From a virus (lineage: Duplodnaviria > Caudoviricetes), in the IMG/VR virus record IMGVR_UViG_3300013121_000018, positions 1-64,000 of that record: a DNA stretch of 64,000 bases; one strand, written 5' to 3'. Numbering within the stretch: the first letter of the stretch is position 1; each line of letters begins with the position of its first letter. The position numbers and the translations under genes are program-made. The notes below the pieces were generated by a model, which saw nothing but the letters and a program-made list of their open reading frames with translations, was not told where the DNA came from and searched no databases. Positions 1 through 10,445 of the stretch are shown in pieces.

Positions 1-1
1 A

Positions 2-1852
2 TGTTAGTGTGTAATTTGTGCTTTTGGTTGCATAGGATGGATTTGAAATAGAAGAAACAACTGTTTCTATTTTATCATAAACAGCATTTTTAGTTGGAAC
101 TTCTAAAGAACCATTCCATGCTACTCCATAGGCTTCATCTGGCACAACTACATCATCTGCAAACGTACCCAATCCAGTCTTGCTTACTTTAAACTTGCTA
201 GCCCCACCAACCTGCAAATCCATTAACAAACTATTAGAATTAGATGCTGTATCAGTAACATTCAGCTTAATAGCTGTTGGTGTTCCCGACGTATTCCAAG
301 TAGGCAAAAGCTCTAGTATTGAATCTGCTTTACTTCCACTTCCTGCTGAATAAGTATCAGTTAATTTTATCCTACCGTTGTCTGATTCTATGAAATAATA
401 ATCAGCAGCAGAAGTAAGAGTTGGGGAATTATAAAATGTTCTGACCTTTCCATTTGCCCCACCAGTTTGATTAATAACCGCAGAAAATTCATACGCTGCA
501 AATGAACCAATACCTGTTGTTGTTGGGGCATATCCAAGATTATTCCAAAATCCCCTATGTGTAGTGTTATTTCCGGTTTGTGAATTTGTTCCGATTAATT
601 TTATACCATTTGATATAGTGGTGGCAAACGGCATAATATTAAATCCATCATTAAATGAAATATAAGATGCTCCGGTACCAAAAGATACTGTTGAGTATCC
701 ACCTATACCACCTGCAACATATAAACCGGGAGTACCTGAGCCGGGATCTGTTGCATAAGAAAGTGCTGTACTATATGCACCTCCCGCTATAGAATACCTC
801 AACCTCCAAGTACCCTGTCCACTATTACTACCTTGTGTTGGTAATACTTCCATTAGATAGTCTATGGTCTGAGAACCAGCTACGGATGCAGTCTTATATC
901 CATTCCCTCTAAACCTCAGCGGTGGGGATGATTGTTGATTCCCTAATGTAGCAGTTGTATTATTAACCAAGGAAATCCCATAAGAATTATCCTGTGTAAC
1001 ACCAATCGAATTTCTAGTAATATCCAATCTTGATGATGGTGAACTTACTCCAATACCAATCCTACTATTAGCTTCATCCAAATAAAGAAGACTTGTTCCA
1101 CCTGATGTTCTAAACTCCACTGGTACAGCAGATGTCATGGTGTACAGGGATGTTGGAGTAGTAGTTGAAACAGAAGATACAACAGATAATGCACTAAGGG
1201 CAGAACTTGGACTAATTGTTACATTGGATGCTGCTGTTATTAATCCTTTACCATTTACGGTAAACTGTCCTACTTGAGAAGCAGAACCGAATGTACCTAC
1301 ATTAGAATTAACTGTTGCTAATGTAGTTGCATTACTGCCTTGTGAGGCTGTTATGTCGCCTGTAAGAGCAGCACGACTTAATAGAGGTGTACTATCAGTA
1401 TACACTAAAGAAGAGTCTACCATAGCCCCTACAGCGTCCTGAGCATCTTCATCTGTATAACCTACAGCAGTGTATTCACTAAAGTCAATAAAAGCTTCAA
1501 CATATCCGCTATAAGCTTTTATAACACTTCCTACAACTTGAACATTTGAAGGAGATGTTGTAGTTATTTCTCCAGAAGTATCTGAAAGATACAGAACATC
1601 CCCTTCATTAAAAAGTGATAAGACATTGTCAAGATTTATCTTACCTAATTTAAGTATTTGACCAAATTTGCCAGCTTCTATTTTTTCAAGAGTAATTCCT
1701 ACAGCTTTATTACTTAAAGCACTGGCTAAACTTATTACAGGGACATTATTATCCCAAGTATCGATATAAACAAGTTTCTTTTTTTCTATGAAATCAGAGC
1801 TTATATTTTTACCAATAAAAACCTCTCTTTTGTTAAAAAAATTTTCTGACAT
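2..1852 (-). CDS. tail/head fibre-like protein, partial (runs off the left edge)
   Basis: Not in the ORF track because there is no stop in the window. ATG at 1852 gives MSENFFNKREVFIGKNISS..., with Ser/Thr/Gly-rich fibre motifs (LTGDITAS, VGQFTVNGKGLITAA, RIGIGVSSPSSRLDI). Confidence 0.75.
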   Translation of the reverse strand, partial: MSENFFNKREVFIGKNISSDFIEKKKLVYIDTWDNNVPVISLASALSNKAVGITLEKIEAGKFGQILKLGKINLDNVLSLFNEGDVLYLSDTSGEITTTSPSNVQVVGSVIKAYSGYVEAFIDFSEYTAVGYTDEDAQDAVGAMVDSSLVYTDSTPLLSRAALTGDITASQGSNATTLATVNSNVGTFGSASQVGQFTVNGKGLITAASNVTISPSSALSALSVVSSVSTTTPTSLYTMTSAVPVEFRTSGGTSLLYLDEANSRIGIGVSSPSSRLDITRNSIGVTQDNSYGISLVNNTTATLGNQQSSPPLRFRGNGYKTASVAGSQTIDYLMEVLPTQGSNSGQGTWRLRYSIAGGAYSTALSYATDPGSGTPGLYVAGGIGGYSTVSFGTGASYISFNDGFNIMPFATTISNGIKLIGTNSQTGNNTTHRGFWNNLGYAPTTTGIGSFAAYEFSAVINQTGGANGKVRTFYNSPTLTSAADYYFIESDNGRIKLTDTYSAGSGSKADSILELLPTWNTSGTPTAIKLNVTDTASNSNSLLMDLQVGGASKFKVSKTGLGTFADDVVVPDEAYGVAWNGSLEVPTKNAVYDKIETVVSSISNPSYATKSTNYTLT

Positions 1853-1865
1853 TGTATCAAATTTA

Positions 1866-2228
1866 TTATATGTCTTTAGTTGGTTTTGCCAACCACTCTA
1901 TAGCCTTTTGTCTTTGAAGTTCAAGAGAATCTTCAGGTTTAATAAAACCCAATTCTCTTAAATCTTTAATGGCTTTAATTATAGCCGCTTCTTGTTCTCG
2001 TTCTTCTTGTTTTCTATATCGTCTGTATCCAAAAAAAGCAGGTAATCCGAATGTACCTATAGCAGTTCCAATAATCGTTATAAGTATTGGAACATCGTTT
2101 AAAGTAATAAATAAAAACGTGCCAGAACCCAACGATACAATTATATCATTAAAGTGAAACTTAAATGATTGAATATAATGTTCAAACATAGATTTATGTT
2201 GTATTTTTAATACCCCTATCATAGTCAT
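1866..2228 (-). CDS. small membrane protein, holin-like
   Basis: Two hydrophobic segments followed by a basic/charged C-terminus; lies in the late module. Confidence 0.4.
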   Translation of the reverse strand: MTMIGVLKIQHKSMFEHYIQSFKFHFNDIIVSLGSGTFLFITLNDVPILITIIGTAIGTFGLPAFFGYRRYRKQEEREQEAAIIKAIKDLRELGFIKPEDSLELQRQKAIEWLAKPTKDI

Positions 2229-2269
2229 GGTTGTTAGTAGTTGTGTTTGTGTGTGGGATATTATTATTG

Positions 2270-4021
2270 TTAACTATTTTCTAGCAATTCAATTCTATTG
2301 AGAAGCAACTGCAATGTTTCTTTTAATTGTTTATTTTCTTCGTAAAGTTCTTTTACACCTTGTAGGGCAATTGCTCCAATGGCAGAATAAGATACACCTT
2401 TTATACCATTTAAACCTTCTGAAACTATTTCTGGATAAGCTTTTTCAACCTCTTGTGCAATAACTCCAATATGAGGTCTATCACCATTTTTAAGTTTAAA
2501 AGATACTCCTCTAAGATTATCAATATTGTCTAAAACACTTAATGTCTTAATATCATATTTAAGTCTTTCATCAGAAGGGTCTTTCCAACCAGTAACACTT
2601 TGGTCACAGTAGGCAACTTCAAATCCCCCATCTTGTATAAGTTGAAAGGTATGATTGGTTGCTGCGGCTGTCCTAAATCCGTATGCACCGTTACCTGCTG
2701 TTGATATACCGATACCACCACTAGGAACACATACAGGAGCCAAAGAACTTAAATCTGCATTACCAAATAATGATATTGTACCAGAGGAAGTATTATATAT
2801 ATGTAATCCTTGAACCCAGTTTGCACCTACTTGATTATTACGTGTCCAAAACTTAAATGCTCCTGCATCATTACCAGTATCATTACCAGTGGCTATTAGA
2901 TTAGTTACATTATCACCTGAACCACCATCATATACAGTCTTAATAATAAGACCTCCGAAATCTGCAAAATCAGCTTCTGTAATACTACCTAATCCACCTT
3001 TTAGAGCAAATACTGTAGAATCAGCAGCACCAAAACTACTACCAGTTGGTAGGGCAGAAGTACCATATTGTAACTTACCGTTGAATTTCTTAGTACCAGA
3101 GCTAATAGTTTGGTCAGTTGTTAAGTCCACAAAGCCTGACGAGAAATAAGTTCCCATAGCAGCTTTCTTATGAGTAGCCGTATCATTGTCATAAATCATA
3201 ACACTATCTAAAGTATCAAAACTAGATAGGGTAGTTAACTCTGGTATATTGGGTGCTATGCTAATATTATTAGAAGTATTAGTAATATCCAAACCGTTTA
3301 CTTGGTCTGTTACACCAGTAACAACACCAGTGGCAGCAACGGTAAGTGTTTGACCCACCCTACTTAAACTAATGTTTGCACCAGAGGCTAAGTTAACATC
3401 TGTGCCCGTAGAACTGTTTAGAGTAAATGGTGTAGTAGAACCTGACCATGTTAAATCAGTTGCTCCACCACCACCAGAAGCAGTAATGGTTAATTCATTA
3501 GCAACTCTTGATAAAGTAACACCAGAACCTTCTGCAAATGTTACACCAGTACCAGTTGAACTGTCTAGAGTAAAAGGAGAAGATGCTCCTGTAAAACTAA
3601 GATTAGTTGGGCCACCACCACCACCTGCAATAGTATCAAGGGCTGTATCAATCTTAACCATTAAATCTTCTGTAAACAATTGATTCTCATTTCCAGAGAT
3701 GTTGGCAATCCACGGTATTAATTCATAGTTGGTAGAACCTCTTGATATTGCAGCATTGTTTGTAGTAGGAACAGATGTAATACCTGTTACACCTACATTG
3801 CTTACTTTTAAAGTAGCACTAGAACCAGAGGCAGAAACTACTTCTGTAACTTCTAGTTGATAAAATTCACCACTATCTGTAAATAGAAGAAAGTCTCCTA
3901 CTGTTATTTCTGTAGTATCAAACTGACCACCGGGGTCATTGAAGTTTGTAATGGCTACTTGCCAATAACCACTACCACTTCCATTTTGTGATACAGCACA
4001 TTTTCCTGTAAATATTCTCAT
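2270..4021 (-). CDS. fibre protein with C-terminal intramolecular chaperone (peptidase S74-like)
   Basis: C-terminal SDERLKYDIK...HIGVIAQEVEKAYPEIV...coiled coil; internal tandem repeat TNLSFTGASSPFTLDSSTGT / TDLTWSGSTTPFTLNSSTGT; shared N-terminal domain with the next fibres. Confidence 0.8.
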   Translation of the reverse strand: MRIFTGKCAVSQNGSGSGYWQVAITNFNDPGGQFDTTEITVGDFLLFTDSGEFYQLEVTEVVSASGSSATLKVSNVGVTGITSVPTTNNAAISRGSTNYELIPWIANISGNENQLFTEDLMVKIDTALDTIAGGGGGPTNLSFTGASSPFTLDSSTGTGVTFAEGSGVTLSRVANELTITASGGGGATDLTWSGSTTPFTLNSSTGTDVNLASGANISLSRVGQTLTVAATGVVTGVTDQVNGLDITNTSNNISIAPNIPELTTLSSFDTLDSVMIYDNDTATHKKAAMGTYFSSGFVDLTTDQTISSGTKKFNGKLQYGTSALPTGSSFGAADSTVFALKGGLGSITEADFADFGGLIIKTVYDGGSGDNVTNLIATGNDTGNDAGAFKFWTRNNQVGANWVQGLHIYNTSSGTISLFGNADLSSLAPVCVPSGGIGISTAGNGAYGFRTAAATNHTFQLIQDGGFEVAYCDQSVTGWKDPSDERLKYDIKTLSVLDNIDNLRGVSFKLKNGDRPHIGVIAQEVEKAYPEIVSEGLNGIKGVSYSAIGAIALQGVKELYEENKQLKETLQLLLNRIELLENS

Positions 4022-4027
4022 TTGTTA

Positions 4028-6118
4028 TTATTGACTACTTCTTAAATATGTTAATGTTCCCATCTTGCCCACAATGTCACCTGAGCCACCGCCGCCGCCA
4101 CCAGCCTGGGCTGTTAGCTTTATGATGTTGGTATTAGTGAAAGTTAGACCCGTGATGTCGGTTTCTTGGGTGTAGCCAGTGGTCGCATTTGAATTCGTAG
4201 TCAGTGTAGCGTATGCACGAGCAGTTGTTGCGCCAGTTCTAATTACAATCACCCTGACTGAGCCATAACCAGTATTTGATATGGTTATGGCACCACTGTC
4301 AAAAAAATTTGTACCACCGAAGTAAGCCCTGATTGTGGCTGTGCTTGTATTATCAGTGAATTGCAAGTTAAAATCCCCAATAATTTTTTCACCAGTGGCC
4401 GATAGCCTGTTTGCGACAGATGTATGGCTGAATATATCAGTTTCAACAGTAGTTCCATTTGAAACATCAGAAACAAAATCAGCTAGAACCAATACCGTTG
4501 GCCGTTCTATGGGCCTATTGTACGCAAACCTGTTTCCAACAATTACTTCATCTGCATATATAGTGGTTGCGTTTATATTCCCAGCCACAAGTGATTCAGA
4601 ATAGTGCCTCTTGGTTGAGATTGAAACAAGTTTTGTGGCATCATAATCAGTGTAAAATATATGGCCATTGCCTGCGGCCATTGCATATCCGGTTGTTCCG
4701 GTAATTGTCTTAACATAAGTAGGAGACGCTGGATTCGTTACGTCAATAACAACAATACTGTTTGTGCCGTACCCGGACACATACAATATTTTATCCAAAA
4801 GAACCATTGTTATTTCCCCACCTCCAGTAAATTGAGTAAACTGGGTAGAACTTATCTGCGTCAATGTACCCGGATTGCTTGCATTGTAAATATTCAGATA
4901 TTTTGAACTTCCTTCACCGGTTAAATAAAGGTATTTACCATCGCAGACCATCGCCCTTGGATTCGTAAGACTTCCCGTACTAATTGTATCAAGGAACGTC
5001 ATTGATAATGGATTGCTTATATCAATACTGGCCACACGGTTAGCATCTACAAGACTAATATAAGCAATGTCGCCAAACACGCAGACCTTGCTTCCTTGAG
5101 ATGTAGCTCCTATGTTGGTGACACTAGAAAGGATTGCTCCGTTATCAAGGCTCCATGCCCTAAAAGCATTTGTGGCTCCCGTTGCATACAACACCCTACC
5201 CCTTATAAATCCTCCCAATGTTGGTTGATTTCCAGAAGTGGCTATTTTCCGAGCAAACACAGGAGATGTTTTATTTTTTATACTGTAAATGGCTACTGCC
5301 CCCGCACTACCACCAGAATCATTGATGACATACAGGGAATCTCCTTCCGCATACACATTGAATGGACGAAGTATGTTTGTTGCATCTGTTGTTGTGGAAA
5401 CCAGCGTTGGGGATGCTGGATTGGAAATATCAAACACGCCAATCCTTTTTGATGAAAAGTTCATCACGTAGGCATAATTTCCAAGTATGCACATAGATTC
5501 TGGTGTTCCAAGGTTTGTTGCACTTGTTACAGAACCCTTTTCTTCAATATCAGTGAGATTATAGTTGCCCCAACCAGTATATCGTTCGTTTCCATATATA
5601 TCTAAAATAAATGTTGAATCGTTCCTCACATAAGTTGTATCTATGTCTGATACATTTATTGCATTTAATAAACTATCAATAAGATAACACATGTATTCAT
5701 TGACCATTTGATTATCATTACCAGATGTATTAGCTGCCCAAGGTGGTAATTTAAAGTTTGTGGAACCTCTGGAAATAATTGCAGGGGTTGTTGGAATAGC
5801 TCCAATAGAAGTAATTCCAGTATTATTAAGTCTTAGAGTAGCAGTGTTACCAACAGCACTTACTATCACAGTGATTGGTAAGGCTAAAGATGTACCACCA
5901 TCATTGAAATAAACAATATCATCTACTTGAAGTTCAGTACAATCCGTTCCTCTAGGACTACTATAATTTGTTACTGATACTTGCCAGTAACCTGCTCCAG
6001 AACCTGTTTGAGCAATATTACACTTACCTGTAACAATACCTGTAAATTCAACAGGGTCAGTTTGTGCAAATATTGACAAAGGTAAAAGAAACAGTAATAT
6101 ATTAATTAGTTTTTTCAT
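4028..6118 (-). CDS. signal-peptide-bearing fibre-like protein with LVIVD-type beta-propeller repeats
   Basis: MKKLINILLFLLPLSIFA|Q; repeats such as GNYAYV...IGVFDISNPASPTLV, IDISNPLS, VIDVTNPASPTYV; shared N-terminal domain. Confidence 0.7.
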   Translation of the reverse strand: MKKLINILLFLLPLSIFAQTDPVEFTGIVTGKCNIAQTGSGAGYWQVSVTNYSSPRGTDCTELQVDDIVYFNDGGTSLALPITVIVSAVGNTATLRLNNTGITSIGAIPTTPAIISRGSTNFKLPPWAANTSGNDNQMVNEYMCYLIDSLLNAINVSDIDTTYVRNDSTFILDIYGNERYTGWGNYNLTDIEEKGSVTSATNLGTPESMCILGNYAYVMNFSSKRIGVFDISNPASPTLVSTTTDATNILRPFNVYAEGDSLYVINDSGGSAGAVAIYSIKNKTSPVFARKIATSGNQPTLGGFIRGRVLYATGATNAFRAWSLDNGAILSSVTNIGATSQGSKVCVFGDIAYISLVDANRVASIDISNPLSMTFLDTISTGSLTNPRAMVCDGKYLYLTGEGSSKYLNIYNASNPGTLTQISSTQFTQFTGGGEITMVLLDKILYVSGYGTNSIVVIDVTNPASPTYVKTITGTTGYAMAAGNGHIFYTDYDATKLVSISTKRHYSESLVAGNINATTIYADEVIVGNRFAYNRPIERPTVLVLADFVSDVSNGTTVETDIFSHTSVANRLSATGEKIIGDFNLQFTDNTSTATIRAYFGGTNFFDSGAITISNTGYGSVRVIVIRTGATTARAYATLTTNSNATTGYTQETDITGLTFTNTNIIKLTAQAGGGGGGSGDIVGKMGTLTYLRSSQ

Positions 6119-6128
6119 TGTATTTTGT

Positions 6129-6602
6129 TTAATAGTAAACTCTAATGTGAACTAAGAATTCATTTGAAGTAGCAGGGTCTGTAGCTGTCAATGAACTGCT
6201 CAAGGCATATACATCAACAGTATCATCTGTAGCTCTACCAACAATATAACTTCTAGGATTAGAACCTCTTGTTTGTAAAGAAGCATATCCTGTAGTTTTA
6301 TTTGTAGGGAAGGCTCCTGCCAAAGTACCAGTATATACACCCGTTGTTTTATAAGTCCAAACAACTGTTCCGCCAAGTTCGTTTTTATAAACTGTTGCTA
6401 TAGGGGCATCTGTATTTACTTGTGATAATAAAGCAATATATTCTTTTGGTGGAACATTTTCAGAAGAAGTTGTATCTACTACACCAGAAGCGTCAACTCT
6501 AATAACACCAGCATCATCCAATATGGCATACTTAATTTGAGCCTCACCAAAGGCTAACCAAAATAGAAGTACAGTGGCTAATATAAATTTTAAGTATTTC
6601 AT
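6129..6602 (-). CDS. secreted hypothetical protein
   Basis: Signal peptide MKYLKFILATVLLFWLAFGEA|Q followed by a beta-rich domain. Confidence 0.6.
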   Translation of the reverse strand: MKYLKFILATVLLFWLAFGEAQIKYAILDDAGVIRVDASGVVDTTSSENVPPKEYIALLSQVNTDAPIATVYKNELGGTVVWTYKTTGVYTGTLAGAFPTNKTTGYASLQTRGSNPRSYIVGRATDDTVDVYALSSSLTATDPATSNEFLVHIRVYY

Positions 6603-6603
6603 T

Positions 6604-7965
6604 TTATTTTATTTTAAAGGCTACTGTGTATTCAATTAATTGTCTTGTGCCTGTAGCATTATCGGTATCGTAACTAATAGTTACTCTATTATTTATAACA
6701 TCTGCATAGGAATCTGCACCATATAATACTGCTGGAGTAGTTTGCCTTTGATTAGTAACATTACCAGTCACATCATCTTCAATATCATCTAAAGTAGATG
6801 TAATTCCCGGAGGGTAACTAACTCTAAAAGAGGAAGCAATTGTACCAGAAGCATTGTTTAATAGAACCTTACCCATGATTATACAGTTATTACCCATTCT
6901 AAAATATTGATTAGAATATACAGTAACAATAGTGTCAGAAGCAACGTTCTTTGTAATAGTAGGTGTATAAGAACCACTTTGAGCAAAAGAACCTATATCA
7001 TCATCAGATACCAAATAGGCAATTTCACCCAAGTTAACCAATACAAATTTAAATATTCTTGTACCAAAGGCACTTATCTGCATATTAGGCATGTCTCCGA
7101 AAATACCATCATCTGTACCAAATGGTGTAAATACACCAGATTCAAAACTTACTGCAATAGCATCTTCTGTATTATTAAATACTTCAAAAACCCAACTATC
7201 ATTGGTATTTTGAGAAACTTCATTGGAAACATTCAATGTAATATTACCATTGGCAGAAGTATAAAAATAATTACCACTATTAAGATTATAGGTAGTTTGT
7301 CCTAAAGCACCATAGGCAACAGTTACTTTATTATTACTATTTACTTGAGATGCATTTTTAGCTGTAGTTCTATTCCACCAATCATTTTTTAATTCCAACA
7401 TTTGACCTCTATTTTGCCATTGTGCAAAATCACCATTTTCAGGCGTTTTACCAGAAGGAGAAAATACAGCAGTATCCAATGTGGCAAAAAATGAACCATC
7501 ACCAAGAGCCATAATACTATCAATAAGGTATACCATATATTCTTGTGCCAATTGATTATTATTATCGGACATATTGGCAAAGAAAGGAAATAAACCAAAG
7601 TTGGTTGTTCTAGCAGTAATTGCACCAGATGTTGTAGGTACAGAAGATATACCTGTGATGCCTACTTTAGATACTCTTAGGGATGCAGAAGAACCAGAGG
7701 CAGATGATATTAGGGTAATTTCTAAAAGATATACTACTCCTGCATCATTTAGATAAACAAAATCTCCAACTTGAATATCAGAAGCATCACCAGCAACACT
7801 GTTGAAATTGGTTATACTTAAAAACCATTCATCGGCATCTCCACCAGTTTGTGTCATATCACATTTACCTGAAAAAACCCTTACACCAGTTTCACTTTGA
7901 GCGAAGGATGTAAGGGTTATTAAAGTAAACATGAATGTTAATATACAATTGTATATATATTTCAT
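6604..7965 (-). CDS. signal-peptide-bearing fibre-like protein
   Basis: MKYIYNCILTFMFTLITLTSFA|Q; shared N-terminal domain; C-terminal SGSYTPTI...YFRMGNNCII fibre-tip-like domain. Confidence 0.65.
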   Translation of the reverse strand: MKYIYNCILTFMFTLITLTSFAQSETGVRVFSGKCDMTQTGGDADEWFLSITNFNSVAGDASDIQVGDFVYLNDAGVVYLLEITLISSASGSSASLRVSKVGITGISSVPTTSGAITARTTNFGLFPFFANMSDNNNQLAQEYMVYLIDSIMALGDGSFFATLDTAVFSPSGKTPENGDFAQWQNRGQMLELKNDWWNRTTAKNASQVNSNNKVTVAYGALGQTTYNLNSGNYFYTSANGNITLNVSNEVSQNTNDSWVFEVFNNTEDAIAVSFESGVFTPFGTDDGIFGDMPNMQISAFGTRIFKFVLVNLGEIAYLVSDDDIGSFAQSGSYTPTITKNVASDTIVTVYSNQYFRMGNNCIIMGKVLLNNASGTIASSFRVSYPPGITSTLDDIEDDVTGNVTNQRQTTPAVLYGADSYADVINNRVTISYDTDNATGTRQLIEYTVAFKIK

Positions 7966-7976
7966 GTTTTATGTTT

Positions 7977-8909
7977 TTAGAATCCAGAGAATGATAACAG
8001 ATAACCTTGACCACCGATTGACATACCAGAAGCCCTGATGACAATATCATTGCTAGAAGCACCAATAACAGTTAATGCGGGGTTGTTATCATTGTCAATT
8101 GACATACCGTTATTGGCAGCCAAAGCACCAGCATTAGGAATAGAACCCTTTTGTACTTGTGGTACTCTTAGGGTAGTTACACCAGAGTTTCCATCCAAGT
8201 TAACAAAGGTTACAGTAATCCAATCTGTAAAGCCACCAGCATCAGCAGCAGCTTGGACATCAGCCGATACAACAATAAGATGGGCAGAAAGTAGAGTTTC
8301 ACCAACTGGAACTGTAATAGTATAATTGTTACTTGCATAAGAGCAAGTAGTACCTGTAGCAGTAGCAGTGACACGAAGGCCAGAACCAGCATTACCTCCT
8401 GTAATGCTGACGTTTTCTTGTACGATAGAAGAACCTACCGGAAGATTATCAATGTCATATACTCTAATAGAACCATCTGCTAGAAAACCAAGAAGGAAAT
8501 CACCAGCAGCAGGAGCGGCTTCTTCAGTAATATCAGCTAAAGCTGCATCGGAAGGTGCACCAGAAGTACCAGCATTACGAACCTTTACAGTCCATGCAGC
8601 CATATTTGCCATTTTAGCATTGGTTATTGCAGTATTATCTACAGTCCAAGTTGCACCTGAACCGGATACTGTAATATCACCTTTATCGCCATCAGAAATC
8701 CCGCCTGCACCAATAGTAATATCACCGGCATCAATTGCACCTTGAACAACTTCAACAACGCTATGAGCATAATTTCCAGAACTTGCCAATGCTAGTTTTG
8801 CACCACCAGTAGTTGTACCATTAATAGGATTTTCGTATCTTCCTTGATCAACTTTATTTAAAGATGCAGGAATGAGAATGTCTCTAGGGACACGTTTTGT
8901 ATTTGCCAT
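7977..8909 (-). CDS. virion structural protein (head-fibre-like)
   Basis: DGDKGDITVSGSGATWTVDNTAITNAKMANM motif typical of phage fibres; Ala/Gly/Thr-rich. Confidence 0.55.
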   Translation of the reverse strand: MANTKRVPRDILIPASLNKVDQGRYENPINGTTTGGAKLALASSGNYAHSVVEVVQGAIDAGDITIGAGGISDGDKGDITVSGSGATWTVDNTAITNAKMANMAAWTVKVRNAGTSGAPSDAALADITEEAAPAAGDFLLGFLADGSIRVYDIDNLPVGSSIVQENVSITGGNAGSGLRVTATATGTTCSYASNNYTITVPVGETLLSAHLIVVSADVQAAADAGGFTDWITVTFVNLDGNSGVTTLRVPQVQKGSIPNAGALAANNGMSIDNDNNPALTVIGASSNDIVIRASGMSIGGQGYLLSFSGF

Positions 8910-8982
8910 TTTATTTATAAATTGTTTAGAAATAAAAAAAGCCGCATTCTATCATTTTGGTATGAAGAAAACGGCTTATTAA

Positions 8983-10443
8983 TTAGAGAAAATAAGTTGT
9001 AGATGTTGCTTTACCTTTTACCGGAAATGCATTAAATGCTTGACAGCCTTGTAACCAATCTCCAAGAATATCTTCTAATGAAGCAACGGTTGTACCATCT
9101 GTAGTGGTTGAAGGAATAGCATCTGTAGTTCCCAAATTGGTAACTGCTGCGTTTACATCCACACAGGTATTAGTTGCTTCAAGCAATATAATCAGTTTCT
9201 TAAACGAAGTTTCGTCCGTAGTAAGAGTAGATTCATTATCGAAAAATTCTACAATAAAAGCATTGTAATTTTTGGTAGTATCTACATAAGTTTTACCTTC
9301 ACTGAAGAATTCGCCATGTGGTTGATTCTGCATAGTGTGGGTTTGCAACCTTGCACTATTACTGTCAAAAATACCCCATTTGCGGCCACTACCAATTTCT
9401 TCTTTACCAGCAACAGTTGTTTTATCAACTCCTGTTTCATCAACGCGGAAACCACCAGAAAGGTTCAAATCAACCTGCACTTGAGTTTGGTCAATGTTAT
9501 CAAAGTAAGCAGAAGTGTTTTGGCTTAGACCAATGATTACTAGACAGTTAGTTGCAGTTGTGCTTGCAGCATAAGCAACTGTACCTGCAGTTTCCAAATC
9601 AATTACTTCAATTGTAGATACCGCAGTAACAGGATCTGTTACGTCTGCATTAGCAGCATGATCAACGATAAGTTGTGCCAAAGCAGAAATCAATTTCTTA
9701 TCAGCAGTAAAAACAATATCGTTTGTACCATCTGTTTGAATAGTAATTGAATCTCCGCAATCAATATCACCAATTACAGTACCATCACCGCCATCGGTAT
9801 TAATAGCAAGAACAATAAAGTCCTTATTGCCGTGAGGCAATGCACTATTACTTACACCGGAAAGACGGCTTCTACGATTAAGTTTATAAGCAAGGTTTTT
9901 AATAACCCAGTCGTTCATGTCAGTAGCAGTCGTAGGACTTACTACAGATTCAAAAGCGACATTATCGTTATCAGAATAGTCCCTGTCATCACGAACACTG
10001 TATTGGAATGCATATGCACCAAAAGTTGTTTCAGCGTCAAATGCATTAAAATCAGTAAATGCTTGAAGAGAATATCGGCCGGGATTATAAAAGCTTGCGG
10101 AAAAACCTTGGATTTTATCACGATTGATAATAGCAGATTCTACATAGGCAGGATCTGAAGTTTCCCAAGGAGTTACTTGTGTAATATCAGTGCTGTTAGG
10201 AGTGCCTTGAATTACTTTAATTGCGGTTACATTCGATGCAGTCGCTGTATTTGGACACCAGTCCCCAAGCGGCTCAGCAGAACTATTAAAATCCCAAGAA
10301 AGCATACCAAGCTTTCCATTTGCGATATTAACAGTTGTATTGGTAGCAGCAAGTGTACCAGTACTTTGTAGAGCAGTATTACCACTACCTACTAAAATTT
10401 TGACAAGATCGGCTTGTCTTTTGTTTGTACGTTTAGACGCCAT
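8983..10443 (-). CDS. auxiliary capsid/structural protein
   Basis: Position downstream of the MCP block as in crAss-like phages; Thr/Ala/Asp-rich, 486 aa. Confidence 0.55.
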   Translation of the reverse strand: MASKRTNKRQADLVKILVGSGNTALQSTGTLAATNTTVNIANGKLGMLSWDFNSSAEPLGDWCPNTATASNVTAIKVIQGTPNSTDITQVTPWETSDPAYVESAIINRDKIQGFSASFYNPGRYSLQAFTDFNAFDAETTFGAYAFQYSVRDDRDYSDNDNVAFESVVSPTTATDMNDWVIKNLAYKLNRRSRLSGVSNSALPHGNKDFIVLAINTDGGDGTVIGDIDCGDSITIQTDGTNDIVFTADKKLISALAQLIVDHAANADVTDPVTAVSTIEVIDLETAGTVAYAASTTATNCLVIIGLSQNTSAYFDNIDQTQVQVDLNLSGGFRVDETGVDKTTVAGKEEIGSGRKWGIFDSNSARLQTHTMQNQPHGEFFSEGKTYVDTTKNYNAFIVEFFDNESTLTTDETSFKKLIILLEATNTCVDVNAAVTNLGTTDAIPSTTTDGTTVASLEDILGDWLQGCQAFNAFPVKGKATSTTYFL

Positions 10444-10445
10444 TT

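Noticed and set aside
2270-7965. Diversity-generating retroelement acting on the fibres
   Set aside because: No reverse transcriptase in the window, and no TR/VR nucleotide repeat pair noticed.
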